DNA from: Blasia pusilla
Lineage: Eukaryota
Direction of reading: 5' to 3'
Length of the DNA: 64,000 bases
NCBI GenBank assembly: GCA_050084515.1
Contig: CM114271.1
Coordinates: 11,408,001 to 11,472,000, forward strand
Positions 51,851-64,000 of this stretch are shown piece after piece. Numbering within the stretch: position 1 is the stretch's first letter; every line of letters begins with the position of its first letter. The translations under genes and the position numbers were made by a program. Under the pieces are notes generated by a model. The model was not told the DNA's origin. It did not search any database and saw only the letters and a list, made by a program, of their open reading frames with translations.

Positions 51851-53384
51851 GCAATATGCTGCTCAAACTGTTGCCGCCAATGCTGATAAATATACTCCAA
51901 TTCTTCAATTATTTGGGCTTTAAAATTCTGGACAGCTTCATCGACCAAGTCTTGTGTCTCCTCTGGTTCTTTGCGTACTTCAACGCGAAGCTTCTGATCT
52001 GCCTCAAGCACCGCAACCTTTGCAGTGGCTTGGCTCAATTGGGATACCAAGTTGATGTTTGTCTCTTGCTGGTCCATGAGGAACTTACCCTTCTTGGCGT
52101 TCTCCAGCATTGCACTCTTAAAGCCTGCTTGGAGAAGATCAATCCGCTCTTGCAGCTTCTCCGTGTAGAGTGAAGACTTTTGTAATTGTGTAGAGAGCTG
52201 ATCCGCTTTGTGCTTGATGCCAACTGCAAGACTCTCCCGCTGTCGGGCATTGCGCGATTCATACCTAGCTTCCACCGACTGTGCCTCAGCTTTGCGAAGA
52301 GACTTTTGAAGCTCCTCAATTTCCTTCTCCTTGGTGTGGGTCTGTCTTTCCATGGACTCCCAAAGTGTTATCTACAATTGTGTCTCCACGGCTTTGTGTT
52401 GCATCGCTGTAAGGACATCCAAGTAGTCTTGTACAAGAGTGTGGTTAGATAAGTTACTGATCTTCTTCAATTCTTGAAGAACTAGTTCGGCAACCCCTAG
52501 GAATGAGGTCAAGTGCCTCAAGGTCTTTTTCACCGGCTATACCACAAAGCTATCTCCCGAACTCGAAAGAATTACAGCCGGCTCCACTGTGGCTACCACG
52601 GGTATCTCAATCGCTTCTTCATCTTCTTGCGACTCAAGCCTGACCCTCTTAGGTCTTGGCAATTCAGGTGAAGGCGAGGGTGGGCAGGAAAAAGATCCTT
52701 CCGCCGGTCTTCCCCTTGTTCTTGGCACACTCTGAGGCGTTGTTGCTGCTGCCTCCTGGGTGCCCGAAGCAAATGCTTCAGTCATTCTTGGCTTTCTTAT
52801 CGGTGTTAATGTTACCCACTCCGATGCTTCATCACATGCGATCTTCTCGACGTGTAGGTATAAGCGGATCAAGAAGGGAGAAAGATAAGACTTCTCTTAG
52901 GGAGTCAAGGCTCCCACCAAATCAATTACATAGGCGTGTACAAGCCCCGCATAATCAATTCCGGGCTCTTCGAGATGCAAATGCATGTTCCAAAGAGTGT
53001 AGGACTGCTTTATGAGATTGTTGTTCATAAAATACCTCCTACCAGGATTGAATAGAATCTGGTACAACTTACAAAACTGTGCAAAAAGGGGCGGGATTAG
53101 CATCTGAGGCTTATAGCGGTTTCTTCCCAGGCGCTCTATTGTCACACATCCCAATTCTTCAAGCTCTTCCTGCCGGACAAGAGCGTCGTAGTCAAGCTCT
53201 TCCTCAAGGGCTGCACGTAACACATACGCCATGCGCCACAAGTCTGCAGACCAATTTTCTGGCTGGGCCGGATGCTTGCACCCCCTCTTGATGAACTCGC
53301 TCACCTTGGGGCTAAAATGTAGCTCCGCGAGTAAAGACACCAAAGACTGCGACCAATCCCGAGGCTTGTGAGTCTTACATACAA
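51850..53384 (-). pseudogene. Unrelated coding remnant (helical domain, low-complexity linker, long coiled coil); probably a retrotransposon accessory ORF
   Basis: ORF fragments 52897-53384, 52537-52872 and 51850-52353 on one strand, with abrupt junctions to MULE transposase on both sides. Family not recognised with certainty. Confidence 0.45.
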
Positions 53385-56175
53385 GTGGATGAAAATTTCC
53401 TCTCATTCCAATTTCTTCTCCAAATTGGAACAATCTTTGTTTCCAAGGATGTTAGGGTGGATGTTTCGGAGGACATCATAGGTGAGACAGTCCACCCAGT
53501 GATTGGTGACTCTAAAGTATGGAATCTCCTACCTTACACAAATGGAGAATATAGAGTTTATGGCTTGCCTGTGAAGCCTTATGTTTCCCAAGTCGACCGT
53601 CTGCAATTTCCTAGAGCACCGAGCTCTACGTTTGCCACTCCCAACTCTGTAGATCCAACATCGACTCCAACTTCAGACGTTTGTGACTATGTTGTACTTC
53701 CAAAAGACATTCTTGATGTCATCAACCTCATGGGATCTATTGGACACCAATCGGACCCTGCCTCTGCCTACTCATTCCTGTTGAGAGTTTTGGGCAATAT
53801 TTTTTTGTTGTCTCTGCCCTTTAAAATGTGTAAGCATGTTCTTGTCGACAAGCTTCCGCCCATGTACAATGGTAATTGTATTTTTGAGTTGCCTCCACTT
53901 GCCGGTCCTGCTCAAAAGAAAGATGGAGGACGCTTGAAGGGTATGGAGAGAAAGTCTGACTTTCATCGATGGTGTAGGCTTCCACGAACTACTGCTTCAA
54001 TTCCAAGTGGTCCTTGGATGGTTTCTTGCCGCCAATGCATTGAAGCCCTGGAGTGTAGAAATCCAAGCTGCCAGTTTCTAGATCGCAATGGGCGAGTCAA
54101 TACATTGCAATTCCCCCTAAAGAATGTAGAAACTCCATATGAGGTTGGTGTGACCATATCGTCGGGAGGCCATCGATGCCCTCATTGTCAAGAATCCCAC
54201 TTTCTGCAATAGACCATGCCCAACATACATATTTTTCATTGTGCACGACTTTAGTTCTATGTCCAAGTACAGCAAGCTGGCAGCTCATGTTGGTTCCCAC
54301 ACTCATACTGTTACCCGTGCAATGAAGAGACACATCAAGGAGGATGTGGGAAAGGAAGTGGCTGAGGTATATAGAAACTCTATGGGATCAAAGCCTGGAG
54401 TGATCAAGTTGACAACAACATCACAATTTTGTGAAAAACTTCTTGGAATCCTTGGCCAGGGCGAGATCACGGTGCTAAGGAGAAACAACTATGGGACAAT
54501 CTGGCATTTCTTGCTGATCCTGAATGCTTCAGAAACTTGTTGCGTCAAATACGAGTACTTGATGGAAAGATGGTCGAAATGGATGCCATCGCCGGAATCA
54601 AGGCTAACTCCCGCTTTCCATTATTCAGAGATGGATGTTCATGAGCCAGGGAGGCGAGGGATCTAGAGCGTTTGTCTTCAAAATATCAACCACAGGGTTG
54701 TCGAGTGGCCTCGATCTTCTTGATCGAATGAGGGAAGGGGAAGATATTTACAGCAACTAGGTAAGCTTTGATATTTGCTACAGAGTGCTGAATGGATGGT
54801 TAACCATGGGTGCTCACGTTTACGACCATGTGGAGAAGGGACTCAAAACCATATTTTTTTGTGAGGTAAAAGTAGAAGACGTTGGCAGTTTGAAGATATA
54901 TTGGTTACTCTTATTGGAGGTGGTGAAGGAAAACAAAAGGCCACCTCCGGAAATTTATGGGTTTATGGGGGATAATGCACAATCAGGATGGATTGCTATC
55001 AAGGAAGTATTATCGGGTGGAGAAGTTCAACTAGAGAGGGAAAGGTCAGATGCTTTCCATTTGCAACAGTCTGTGACTCGGTACACCAAATCTTGCATCA
55101 AGGAGAATAAGAGAACACAATATGTCACTCAACTCCAACGCTGCAAGGATAGAAAAACCTTGAAACAGGCCATGGAGTGCCAAGAAGAACTTCATGGGTG
55201 GTGGAGGAAGCAAGCGATTGAGGGGAAGTACAAAGAATTGTGTTCTTGGCTCAATTGGTGGACTGTACAAATGAGACAATGTAGAAACTTCATGCGGCAA
55301 GTGAGTTCAGTATTTCCTCCTTTCCAGCTTATGTTGAGAATTATTTGAAAAGTTGCAGCTCAAGTTGCAACCCGTCAAAAAATAAGGGATTCCAAATCTC
55401 AGAAGCCAAGCAACCCGTTGGATACGACTGGTTGCCTAAGTGTGCAACCCGTCGGAACTCGATAGCTTGCATTAGTCTATGAGTCGTTGGATCCCGACGG
55501 CTTGTTGGTTGCAAGGGTGCGAGTTAACTGAGTCTGCACCCCGTAGGATTCCAACAGGTTGCATAAGTCTGCAACTTGTTGGATTCCGATAGGTTGCAAA
55601 CCTTCGTGTGTCGATGCTTCTTGCAAGCCGTTGGAATCCGATGAGTTGCACATGGATCTTCTAGGTTCGACTGGCCTCCTATTTGCGACCCGTCCAATTC
55701 CAACGGGGTATAGTAGGAGGTTACTGGGTACTGCAACCCGTCAGAAACCAACGAGTTGCACTGACATTCTTGGGATGCCTCCGACTTGCAACCCATCGGA
55801 TTTTGACTAGTTGAAGATCTTTGTCTATCAACACTTCTTGCAACCCGTCAGAATCCGACGGGTTGCACATGGATTTTCCAGGCTGGACTGGCCAATGTTA
55901 CTTGCAACCTGTCCAATTCTGACGGGTTGGAGTTGGAGGTTCCTCGGTGCAGCAACACGCCAAAAACCAATGTGTTGCACAGTCATTCCTCAAATGACTC
56001 GGACTTGCAACCCGTCGGGTTCTAACAGGTTGCTATTTTCTTCGCTTACAGAGCTTTTTCTGTTCCTTTCTCATATTTTTGTCTCTACAGGGATTGAACA
56101 TTCATGAAATTGCCCTCTGCCCCAACACAAGTGGAACCGAGATTGTTCATTCCTCTTAGAGGTTGTCACAAACAA
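53385..56175 (+). pseudogene. MULE transposase fragment, copy 3 (more diverged), with intronic palindrome array at 55365-56035
   Basis: Runs from 'DENFLSFQFLLQIGTIF' to 'FMRQ|VS'; ~14 degenerate palindromes in the intron. Confidence 0.85.
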
Positions 56176-59100
56176 TCCTTCCTATAAGGATCGATGCCCT
56201 AAAATGCCGTCTTCTGCCTGTCCTCTAATCTGATATGCTTCTGTTGGTGTCCGACTCAAAGATCTAACGAAGTGAAGACCTTTGCATGCCCAATAGCATC
56301 AATGATCTCCTCAAGGGTGGGCATGGCATACCTATCGGACTTCGTCTGGCGATTGATAGTCTCCACACATCCGTATATCCGTCCAGTTGCCATGTACATC
56401 CTTCTTGACAGGAATGATAGTGGCAGATGCATACTCTCCATGCAACATCTCCACTAGTCCTGCTCGAACCAAGTCCTAGACCTTACCATGAATTAGAGCA
56501 CTCTACGTGTCAGTGTACCTGTAGGGTCGTCAAAAGATTGGCGTGTCTCTAGACAACTCGATGCCGATCCCTCGACCCTTCATTGTACCCAAATCATGCA
56601 TATTAAGTGCAAAAGAGCTCCTATAACTCCTCAGGATCCCATGTACTCGGCGCTGCTCTCCTCTTGTCAACTTAGGGCCCATATCTAGCTCCCAAATCTC
56701 CATCGTGACTATGGTAGGACTCTCTAGCGCGGGTATCGATGGTTGCTATGGTGCAACCCTGTCTTAGATAACATGACTTGATTGCTCCCCTACAGCCAAC
56801 CGCAAACTCTGATCTCCTCCATGTGCAGTACCCAGAACCACGCTCGATGTTGTGGCTATCATCTCCCGGCCTACCTACAAAACATCCCAAGAAATCCAAG
56901 GGGGATCTCTCCCGATCACGCCTGGAGTGTCAATCTCCTCAGGTCTCGCCCTCAGCCACTGCCTCAACAATCTCGGTAGCCATGGGGCTCACCAACGCAA
57001 TAGTTTTGATTTGTCATATCCTCAAACGACATTGCTCAGCTACTCCTAAGCCGATAATCCATGTCAAGCAGTTGAGGTCCATCGCTTGACCCAAGACATT
57101 TCGTCGTGATGCCTCTGATAGTGATGGTATTTCCGACACTCTTGGGGGAAATCCCATCGCTTGCTCTTGCTCATCTGTGATACCCACAATTTTGTACTTT
57201 GGAAGAAATGTATCTTTTTATTGAACAAAGACTCTTGTACATTATGGTTTTGATTATTATATGCAATTATGGAGAAGAACGAGTAAGATTCAAGTGAATC
57301 ACGAAGCTCATAAGACAAGGCAAAGAGATGGAAGATCAAGGATTTGCCTTAGAGGAGAATCAAAAGCCGTAACAAAGTATAAAGGATCAACGCGAAGCTT
57401 AACGAAGCTTAGCAAAGCTCAACGAAGCTCTATACACAAAGTACTTTGCTCTTAAGCGAAGCACGAAGAACGAAGCACGAAGAGAATGAAGAATGAAGAG
57501 CTTCGTCCTCCGGAAATTCAGCGCAGCGAAGCTCAGCATGATTGTGATTCGAACCGGCACATAGTTAAAACAGTTAGCCTAGGAAGAAGCCCAACCCTTT
57601 GTATCAGATAGACAGTTAGGACAATTTTGTTCTCCGGATTCCTAGGGACCATCGGAAAAGGAACGCACACCATACATGTAGGTAGTTACAAATTTTTTAA
57701 GAGACACCAACTTCATCAAGAACGCTTCGGATCTTAGAAACGCTCCTACTCTCGAGAATATTTAAGAAATAGGACAGAAGCTACAATCATCATTCGCTCA
57801 TGAAGTCCTTATGCTGTAGGAATGGTCCGAGCAAGAGAGTTGTACCCTCTCGAGCTTGTATATACTTTGAAGTCTTCTCATTCTTGATGGAGTAGTAAAG
57901 CAATCATTCATTCATTCTGATGTGCGATGCTTATGTCTGAGTATTCTTTTTGGGTCTGCAGAGTGAAGAGTGAATCAGGCGAACCTTTCTCATCAATGGA
58001 ATAATCAACATAGAGTTGTATGAAATCTGTTTGACGGAGAGTAACCTGCCAAGACGGATTGAGTTCCGAAAGTAGGAGAAGCCAACTTTATTCTTGAGAT
58101 CTCTGTGAGGTTCCGAGATGTCGAGAGAACAATTTGCCTGAGTGTACTTTAAATTCCACTAGAGAGAATTGAAGAAGAAAACATAGGTACTAAGAAAGAT
58201 CGGAAGATGTTACTGGAATGCTACATTTGAATTACATAATCAACCACACTACTTTTACAACATAATAATCACTTTATCCTCTATTTTCATCCAACAATGA
58301 TCCTCTTGGGGATCGAACTCTACAAATGATTGTAAATAAGAAACACTTGGACATTACATATAGTCGAAGACTTTTTGGCACCGTTGCCGGGGATCATATC
58401 CTTGGCTGAGAAGGGAGAGAGAGACCCATGGGGAATCAGGGAGCGGGGAAAGAAGCTTCGCCCCTAGACGACCCAACAATCTAGTTCTTACTAAAGACCA
58501 TCTGCTAGCTCTAGCGACCCCCGTAAGACAATGGATGCTTGAAGATAACAATAAATTTGCTGCATTGGTGCTAGAAAAAATAGACCAACTAATTAGAATG
58601 GTCAAAGAACTAGTCGCTGAACGGTGCTTCGCCCATGGACGATAGTTGTACTTGGTGAAAACCTGGTACTTCTGTTTATGGGAGGAAAACCTGGCAGGAA
58701 GCTTAGGAGCACCTGACACACTCCTGTAGATGTAAAAAGAATAGGTAGTTAACCTCCCTCCATGGACCCTTACCCTATCGCCACCGTGGGGATGAACGCA
58801 AGTTGCCAAATCCCACAAGAGACTTATGGAAGGCTCTCGGCCCTCTTTGCGAGAGCAGCAAGCCGATCGGCGCAGTAAGCAGCAGGAACAGCAACCGGCT
58901 TGGAGACTGCCTGGTTCGTCTCCAAGTCTTCGTCCTCCTCCGAAGCCGAAGAGCAAGAAGAAAGAAAGGGACAAATTCTCCACTACGTCCCCTGCCAGTT
59001 CGCAGTCGGATGAAGAGTCGTCCTGGGACCCCTTTGGGGAGTCAGGGAGCGAGGAGCCGATCAGAGCACCTCGGGTGGCACCGTTACCTCCTCCCTCTCA

Positions 59101-62100
59101 AGCATCAAGTCCGGGAGCCAGCAGGAGAGCGGTTCCCATGGCCAACACTAGAAAAACTCTGCTAAGGTACCCCACCTTTGCTGGGGGAAACGAGACGATG
59201 TGGATAACTTTGTGCTTGAATTCACCCATGTCGCAAAAGCCAACGGGGAAGGTGCATAGGAGGATTTGTTACGAGTCTTTCCGGGCTTGCTCAAGAAGCG
59301 AGCAAGCCAGTGGTACAAAGGTCTCAGAGCAGAAGTCACAGAAACCTGGAAAAGGGTCTTGGAAACCTTCATACATGAGTTCCGCGACTTGGAGTTCGAG
59401 GACAGGCTTCTTACAAAGCTTCGCGACCTGAAGCGAAGAATGAAGGAGACCCTCCGGGAATATACCCAAAGGTTCCGGAGCCTAGTGAATAAGCTGGAGC
59501 ACACGACTACCTCCCAATTGGTAGATTGGTTCGTGTCCGGCTTGTCCAAAGAAATGGATCGATATTGCCGGCGAGGCCAACGGGATTCCCTGGAGGCGGT
59601 CATAGCCTCCGCTGAGGCGTACGAAGCCTCAGAAAAGTCCCGCCGAACATGAAGACGGCGTCACCAACAGAGAGAGGCGTCGCAAACTAGTGCTTCGTCT
59701 GAAGACAAAGCGTCCTCCACAGACACGGAATCCTCTACGGAGGAATCGTCCGAGTCCTCGGACTCGGAGCAGGAGGTGAAAGCTAAAAGGAAAGGGAAGA
59801 GCAGGCATCATCGCTTCCCCAAGCACCAGAACAAAACCCGACCAAGCACCAAGCATCGTCCCCAGCGGTCGGAAAGTCCAGTGAGAGGGACAGCAAGGAA
59901 GGCCGGCAAGTCGGCCATGGAAGAACTCAGTAAACAAATGGCTGAGTTGAAGGTACATCTCGCGGCCCAGAAGGACCCCAAAAGACGACCCGGGCTGATG
60001 AGGCCCAACATTTGGTGTAGTAGTTGCGGAACCCAGGGGCAAACTGTACAGGAATGCCCTACTCAGAGGGATCTACGGTGGATCCAGGAAGAGGCCCCTA
60101 TTGAAGAAGGGTGGTATGAACCGGAACAGTGGGAAGGGTGCTATGTCGTCCAAGCGGTGCCACCCCTAAACCCCGGGAGAAGCTGGATCACACGGTATGT
60201 ACCTCCGGAGTACGGAGAACAGAGACACCTGAGACAAATTATGGGCGCGGCAGCCTTCACGCCACCCATCAAACGAAATTGTTGTTATAACTGCGGCGCA
60301 GCGGAACATTGGGCCAACAATCGCCCAAACCCAAAGCGACCAGTGGCACTCAATCCCTTATGCAGGAACTGCAAGAAGGGCGGGCACACTGCCCTGGAAT
60401 GCCGGAGCCCAAGGTCCCGCGTTTGTTGGTCAGATATGTAAACACTCCAGCGGCTCAACCAGAGCCCAAAAACGACGTAAATGTACAACTGGTCCGAGTG
60501 GAAGAAGTAGTGTCCCCGAGACCAAATCGAGTCACTATCAGTGAGGAAGACTCGACCAAAGGGGCCAACGAGGAATCATCGGACTGGCCCAAAGAGTTCC
60601 AAGAAACCGTTTTGGCGGTCACCACGAGGTCGAAGAGTCTGACCGCGGGGATCCCAAAGGTAAAGAAGGGTGCTTCGTCTTTGCACGAAGCTAGGGAGCC
60701 CAAGACCAAAACTGTGAACACCTTACGTGCCGGGAAGGCCATCCTCAAAGGCGATGTGGACCCGGCCTTTGATTAGAGTCATCCGAAATACTTCCATCAG
60801 GATGTAGAGGACCAGGTTCGTGCTCAAGTTCGTGAGGACCAGGAACGAGAGGGGAAACAGACCCCAGAGAAGACAAAGGCCAAACCAAGTCCGACAGTCC
60901 AAGCCATGGCAACATCACCGCTGGTCCTAGAAGCTTATGATTTACTGAGGGACTTGGCGTCAACCCCGGCCAACATAACCCTGCTACAGTTGCTAATGGA
61001 TAACCTAGTATACAGAAAAATCTTGCAGCAGTGGAAAATCAGCCGGAAAAGACCCAGGAAGTCGGCAAAGCATCTGCCAGTGGTGGATTTGTTCCGTATC
61101 GAAGTAGAAGACTTGGGAGCCCCCGAAGTGGAGGTGGAAATTGAAGGCCATACTATTAAGAAGGTCCCCATTGATTCCGGAAGCGGAATCAATATTATGA
61201 CGGAGCAAACAGCTCGGGCACTAGGGTATACAGTGTACGAGCCCACAGACAAGTATTTGCGGTTTGCGGATCAATCCAGGAAGAGACCCCTAGGACAGCT
61301 CACGCAAATTCCAACCATGCTCGGGGGGGGTGTTTTTTCTGTTGGACTTCTTAGTCTTCCAGCCCGTGACCACCACGGGCTATCCTTTGCTCATCCGGAG
61401 ACCCTGGCTGTATGGCGCGACGGTGACTACGAATTGGAAAAGGCAACGTTTCACGTTCTAGGCGCCGAATCAGGTCTCGAAGCGGCTCATCAAGCTGTCG
61501 TGGAAATCTCGACCACCCCAAGGAGAGACGCCACCGACTGACGACGGCTATACGTCAGATCAAGACAACACAACCGCTATGGAGTCCTCGTCCCATGTGT
61601 ATTATTTAGAATGTTACGAAATAGACGAGGAGTCGGTACCCTCCAAGCCATCTATGATAATGGATCCCTACAGTTAGAAACCTTACAGGGAGAATCCCTG
61701 CCCACTCGAGTCCAGGGCAGGCATGTGCGCCATTATTATGAGCCCGAACCTTAGGCAGACTGAAACAGGAGGAAGGGGGTAGGCGAACGCTCCGTGCTTC
61801 GCGAAGCATAGAAGTTCAAGACATTTCGGAGCTTTGCGAAGCAGCAAAGTTCAAGACATCCCGGAGCTTCGCGAAGCAGCGAAGCGCATGAAGTGGGGGA
61901 GGGGGAGCGTGGCAAAGACGCGAAGTGCCAACCTTCTTGTTACAGCCCCGGCACCACGACCAAGAACGGACAGGGGGAGCAGACTATAAGAGCGGTCCGT
62001 CGTAACCAAGGGGGTATTTTCATGGACAGGATCACCACGAAGTTGCGTAGCAGGCCAAAGCGGGGTGTCCATCGAGATCGACCTAGCAACATGCCTCGCG

Positions 62101-64000
62101 AAGACTCCACGTCCATTCTACGAAGCGCGGCAATGCCGATGGTCAAGCTGTCACCGGAGCTGGTCGAAGCGCTAGAGGAGCGATCGTTGGCAACTTTCTT
62201 TCAAGCCAACTGGACCTTGACATCCGGAGAACTCCTTGGCGAGCTTCGCTCTTCGTCTGCCGTCATTACATCATCGGCATTGGGCTCCACAAACCGTTGT
62301 ACCTGGTCATCCCAAACCAAGCCAGATCTGACCTCCTTGAATGCATAGGAAGCGGGAAAACTCACAAAAGTGGGAAAGGCTGCCCATGGCATGCCAATCC
62401 TGTTTACCACAGTAAATTACGGTCGATCATTGTGCCTCACTACTTGTGATTGACGACTTGGATCCAAAATAGAATCCACCAACAACTAGGAAGGGCGCTC
62501 TACTCTTGCATACGCCCTCCACAACACCTTATGTGGGACCAAGTTGGTGCACCAAAGATGCACCCGATATGCTTGTGAACCTACACTTTCCGCATCCAAC
62601 AACACTGTCGGGCCGATCCATGAGTGCACCTGATGTGCACTCATTACCTCGCGGGACCTCGGATCGCCCAAAATCGGCACATTCTCCAAAATGTATGCTA
62701 GAGAACGGGACTGATGCTCGTGCAAGTTTTGCAAGATCCGTATTATCTCCCAAAGAAAACTGGATCAAGTGTTAGCCAACCCGCTACCTCGTCTAGCACT
62801 TGACTGGCCCTAACACGGCCAACCAGCAATGACCAAATCTATGTTCCTTACCCGCTCCAAGTCTTGTGCCCCTAACAATGAAATGTCCCTCATTAAGGAA
62901 CTCTGGTATCCCTGGATGGAGGACATAGACAAGAAGTCATGAAATCGGAGGCGTAATTGCGCCACATGGTGAAGTGAAGTGTACCTTGCAACATCATCAA
63001 TCTCAACGTATAGGTAATGCAACACATGCATCCTTGCTTGCAAAACAACAACTAAGAAAATGCTGATCCCTCCAAAGAGATCCAACACCGGAGTACCCTC
63101 CTCTGGGATGCGCCACACTCTTGGCTACCTCGGGTTCCTCTAACTTGTCACCCTCTGGTGCAAACGCCTCACTCCATGTTGTCTACACGTGCTCATCTGC
63201 CAAGCATCGGAGCTCCTCACTCGATCCCCACTGCGGCACCGCTCCTCCACGAAATAATGCGGCTACCATAACGCTCCTCCACAAAATAATGCGGCTACCA
63301 TAACACTCCTCTCCCTAGAAGTGTCAAGCGCAAGTATGTCCTCTGCATGGACATGCCCCTCAATCAAATCACGAGGCAACGTGATGGTGCTGCTAAACGC
63401 CGCTAATGTCGCCATCTCTCCTGGCCGTCGCTTGATCACTCCATCTATGAATCAAATAGGTAATGAGCTAAGTCGCCCATCACCTGACTGCCATCCTAGT
63501 TTGTAGGACGTTGACTCCTCCCAATAATCCAGGGAAAACCCCATCGTGTACAACACTACTCCACCAACCAAGACGTCGTAGGACTTGGCATCAGTCATTA
63601 TCGCCTTGGTTCGCACCACGGACTCATCGGTAGGATGTCGTGAGCAAATCCTCACCACAACTTGCTGTCGGGTGATAAACTGTGTGGTACTTGCTCCACC
63701 CTGTATCCGGAATAGACAACGCTCCACATCGGCCCTTGTTAGGCCAAAACCTAAGAATGCAGCCTACCCCAACATAAGGGGTTGCACTCCTAAATCTAAC
63801 AAGACACGCTCCAGACAAAACACTCTACCTCTTGGACTAACCAAATAGGATACCTCTCCCCGATTATCCAACAACATAACACTTGGAGCAACCATGGCAC
63901 GCTCAATCGCAGGTCTAGCGAGCATCTCCGCCATCCTAGCAACCGCAACTGGCCATGAATCTAAGGTGGACGGCCTAAGCATCGGCTCCAAGGGCAGGTT
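56176..64000 (-). mobile_element. Second DNMT-carrying Ty3/gypsy element (PR-DNMT-start of RT), split by a nested LTR element
   Basis: Protease 'VLLDLGVQPL'; DNMT 'VLDLFGG', 'IAGWPC', 'YILENVP', 'LWCTNL', 'EPNAD|EQEQAMGF', 'VLGQAMDLN'; RT 'DRYAMPTLEEI..FTSLDL'. Confidence 0.9.
57176..62270 (+). mobile_element. Nested non-autonomous LTR element (gag + protease; RT, RNase H and most of INT absent) inserted in DNMT motif IX
   Basis: TSD TCATC (57171-57175 and 62271-62275) and TG...CA ends. LTR-like segment 57176-58358. Athila-type PBS TTTTGGCACCGTTGCCGGGGA (~58373-58394). Gag with three Zn knuckles, protease 'IDSGSGINIM', integrase tail 'TRVQGRHVRHYY'. Confidence 0.82.

Overview
Land-plant genomic DNA (a non-seed plant such as a bryophyte or lycophyte is an inference from the TE content). 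The first 7.3 kb holds two convergent intron-containing host genes: the 3' half of a PHO1/EXS phosphate exporter (+) and a complete PDRG1 prefoldin-like gene (-). The remaining ~56 kb is a nest of decayed transposons: a Helitron fragment, two copies of a Ty3/gypsy element with a C5 cytosine methyltransferase between protease and RT (copy 1 also has a PHD finger after integrase), a CACTA fragment, a non-autonomous gag-protease LTR element, and several copies of a Mutator-like (MULE) family. The complete ~12.7-kb MULE copy (20076-32756) has two divergent genes. One is a GCM/WRKY-like Zn + DDE + SWIM transposase. The other is a ~1200-aa spliced protein with a ParB/Srx-like domain (DGNHR) and a C-terminal beta-class N4-cytosine/N6-adenine methyltransferase-like fold. 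The non-coding parts of the element carry arrays of one 27-bp palindrome, GCAACCCGTCGGA-N-TCCGACGGGTTGC, often at ~63-67 bp spacing. This ParB-like protein plus parS-like site arrangement is the best candidate for an undescribed system. All domain calls are by-eye motif recognition; no database searches were run.
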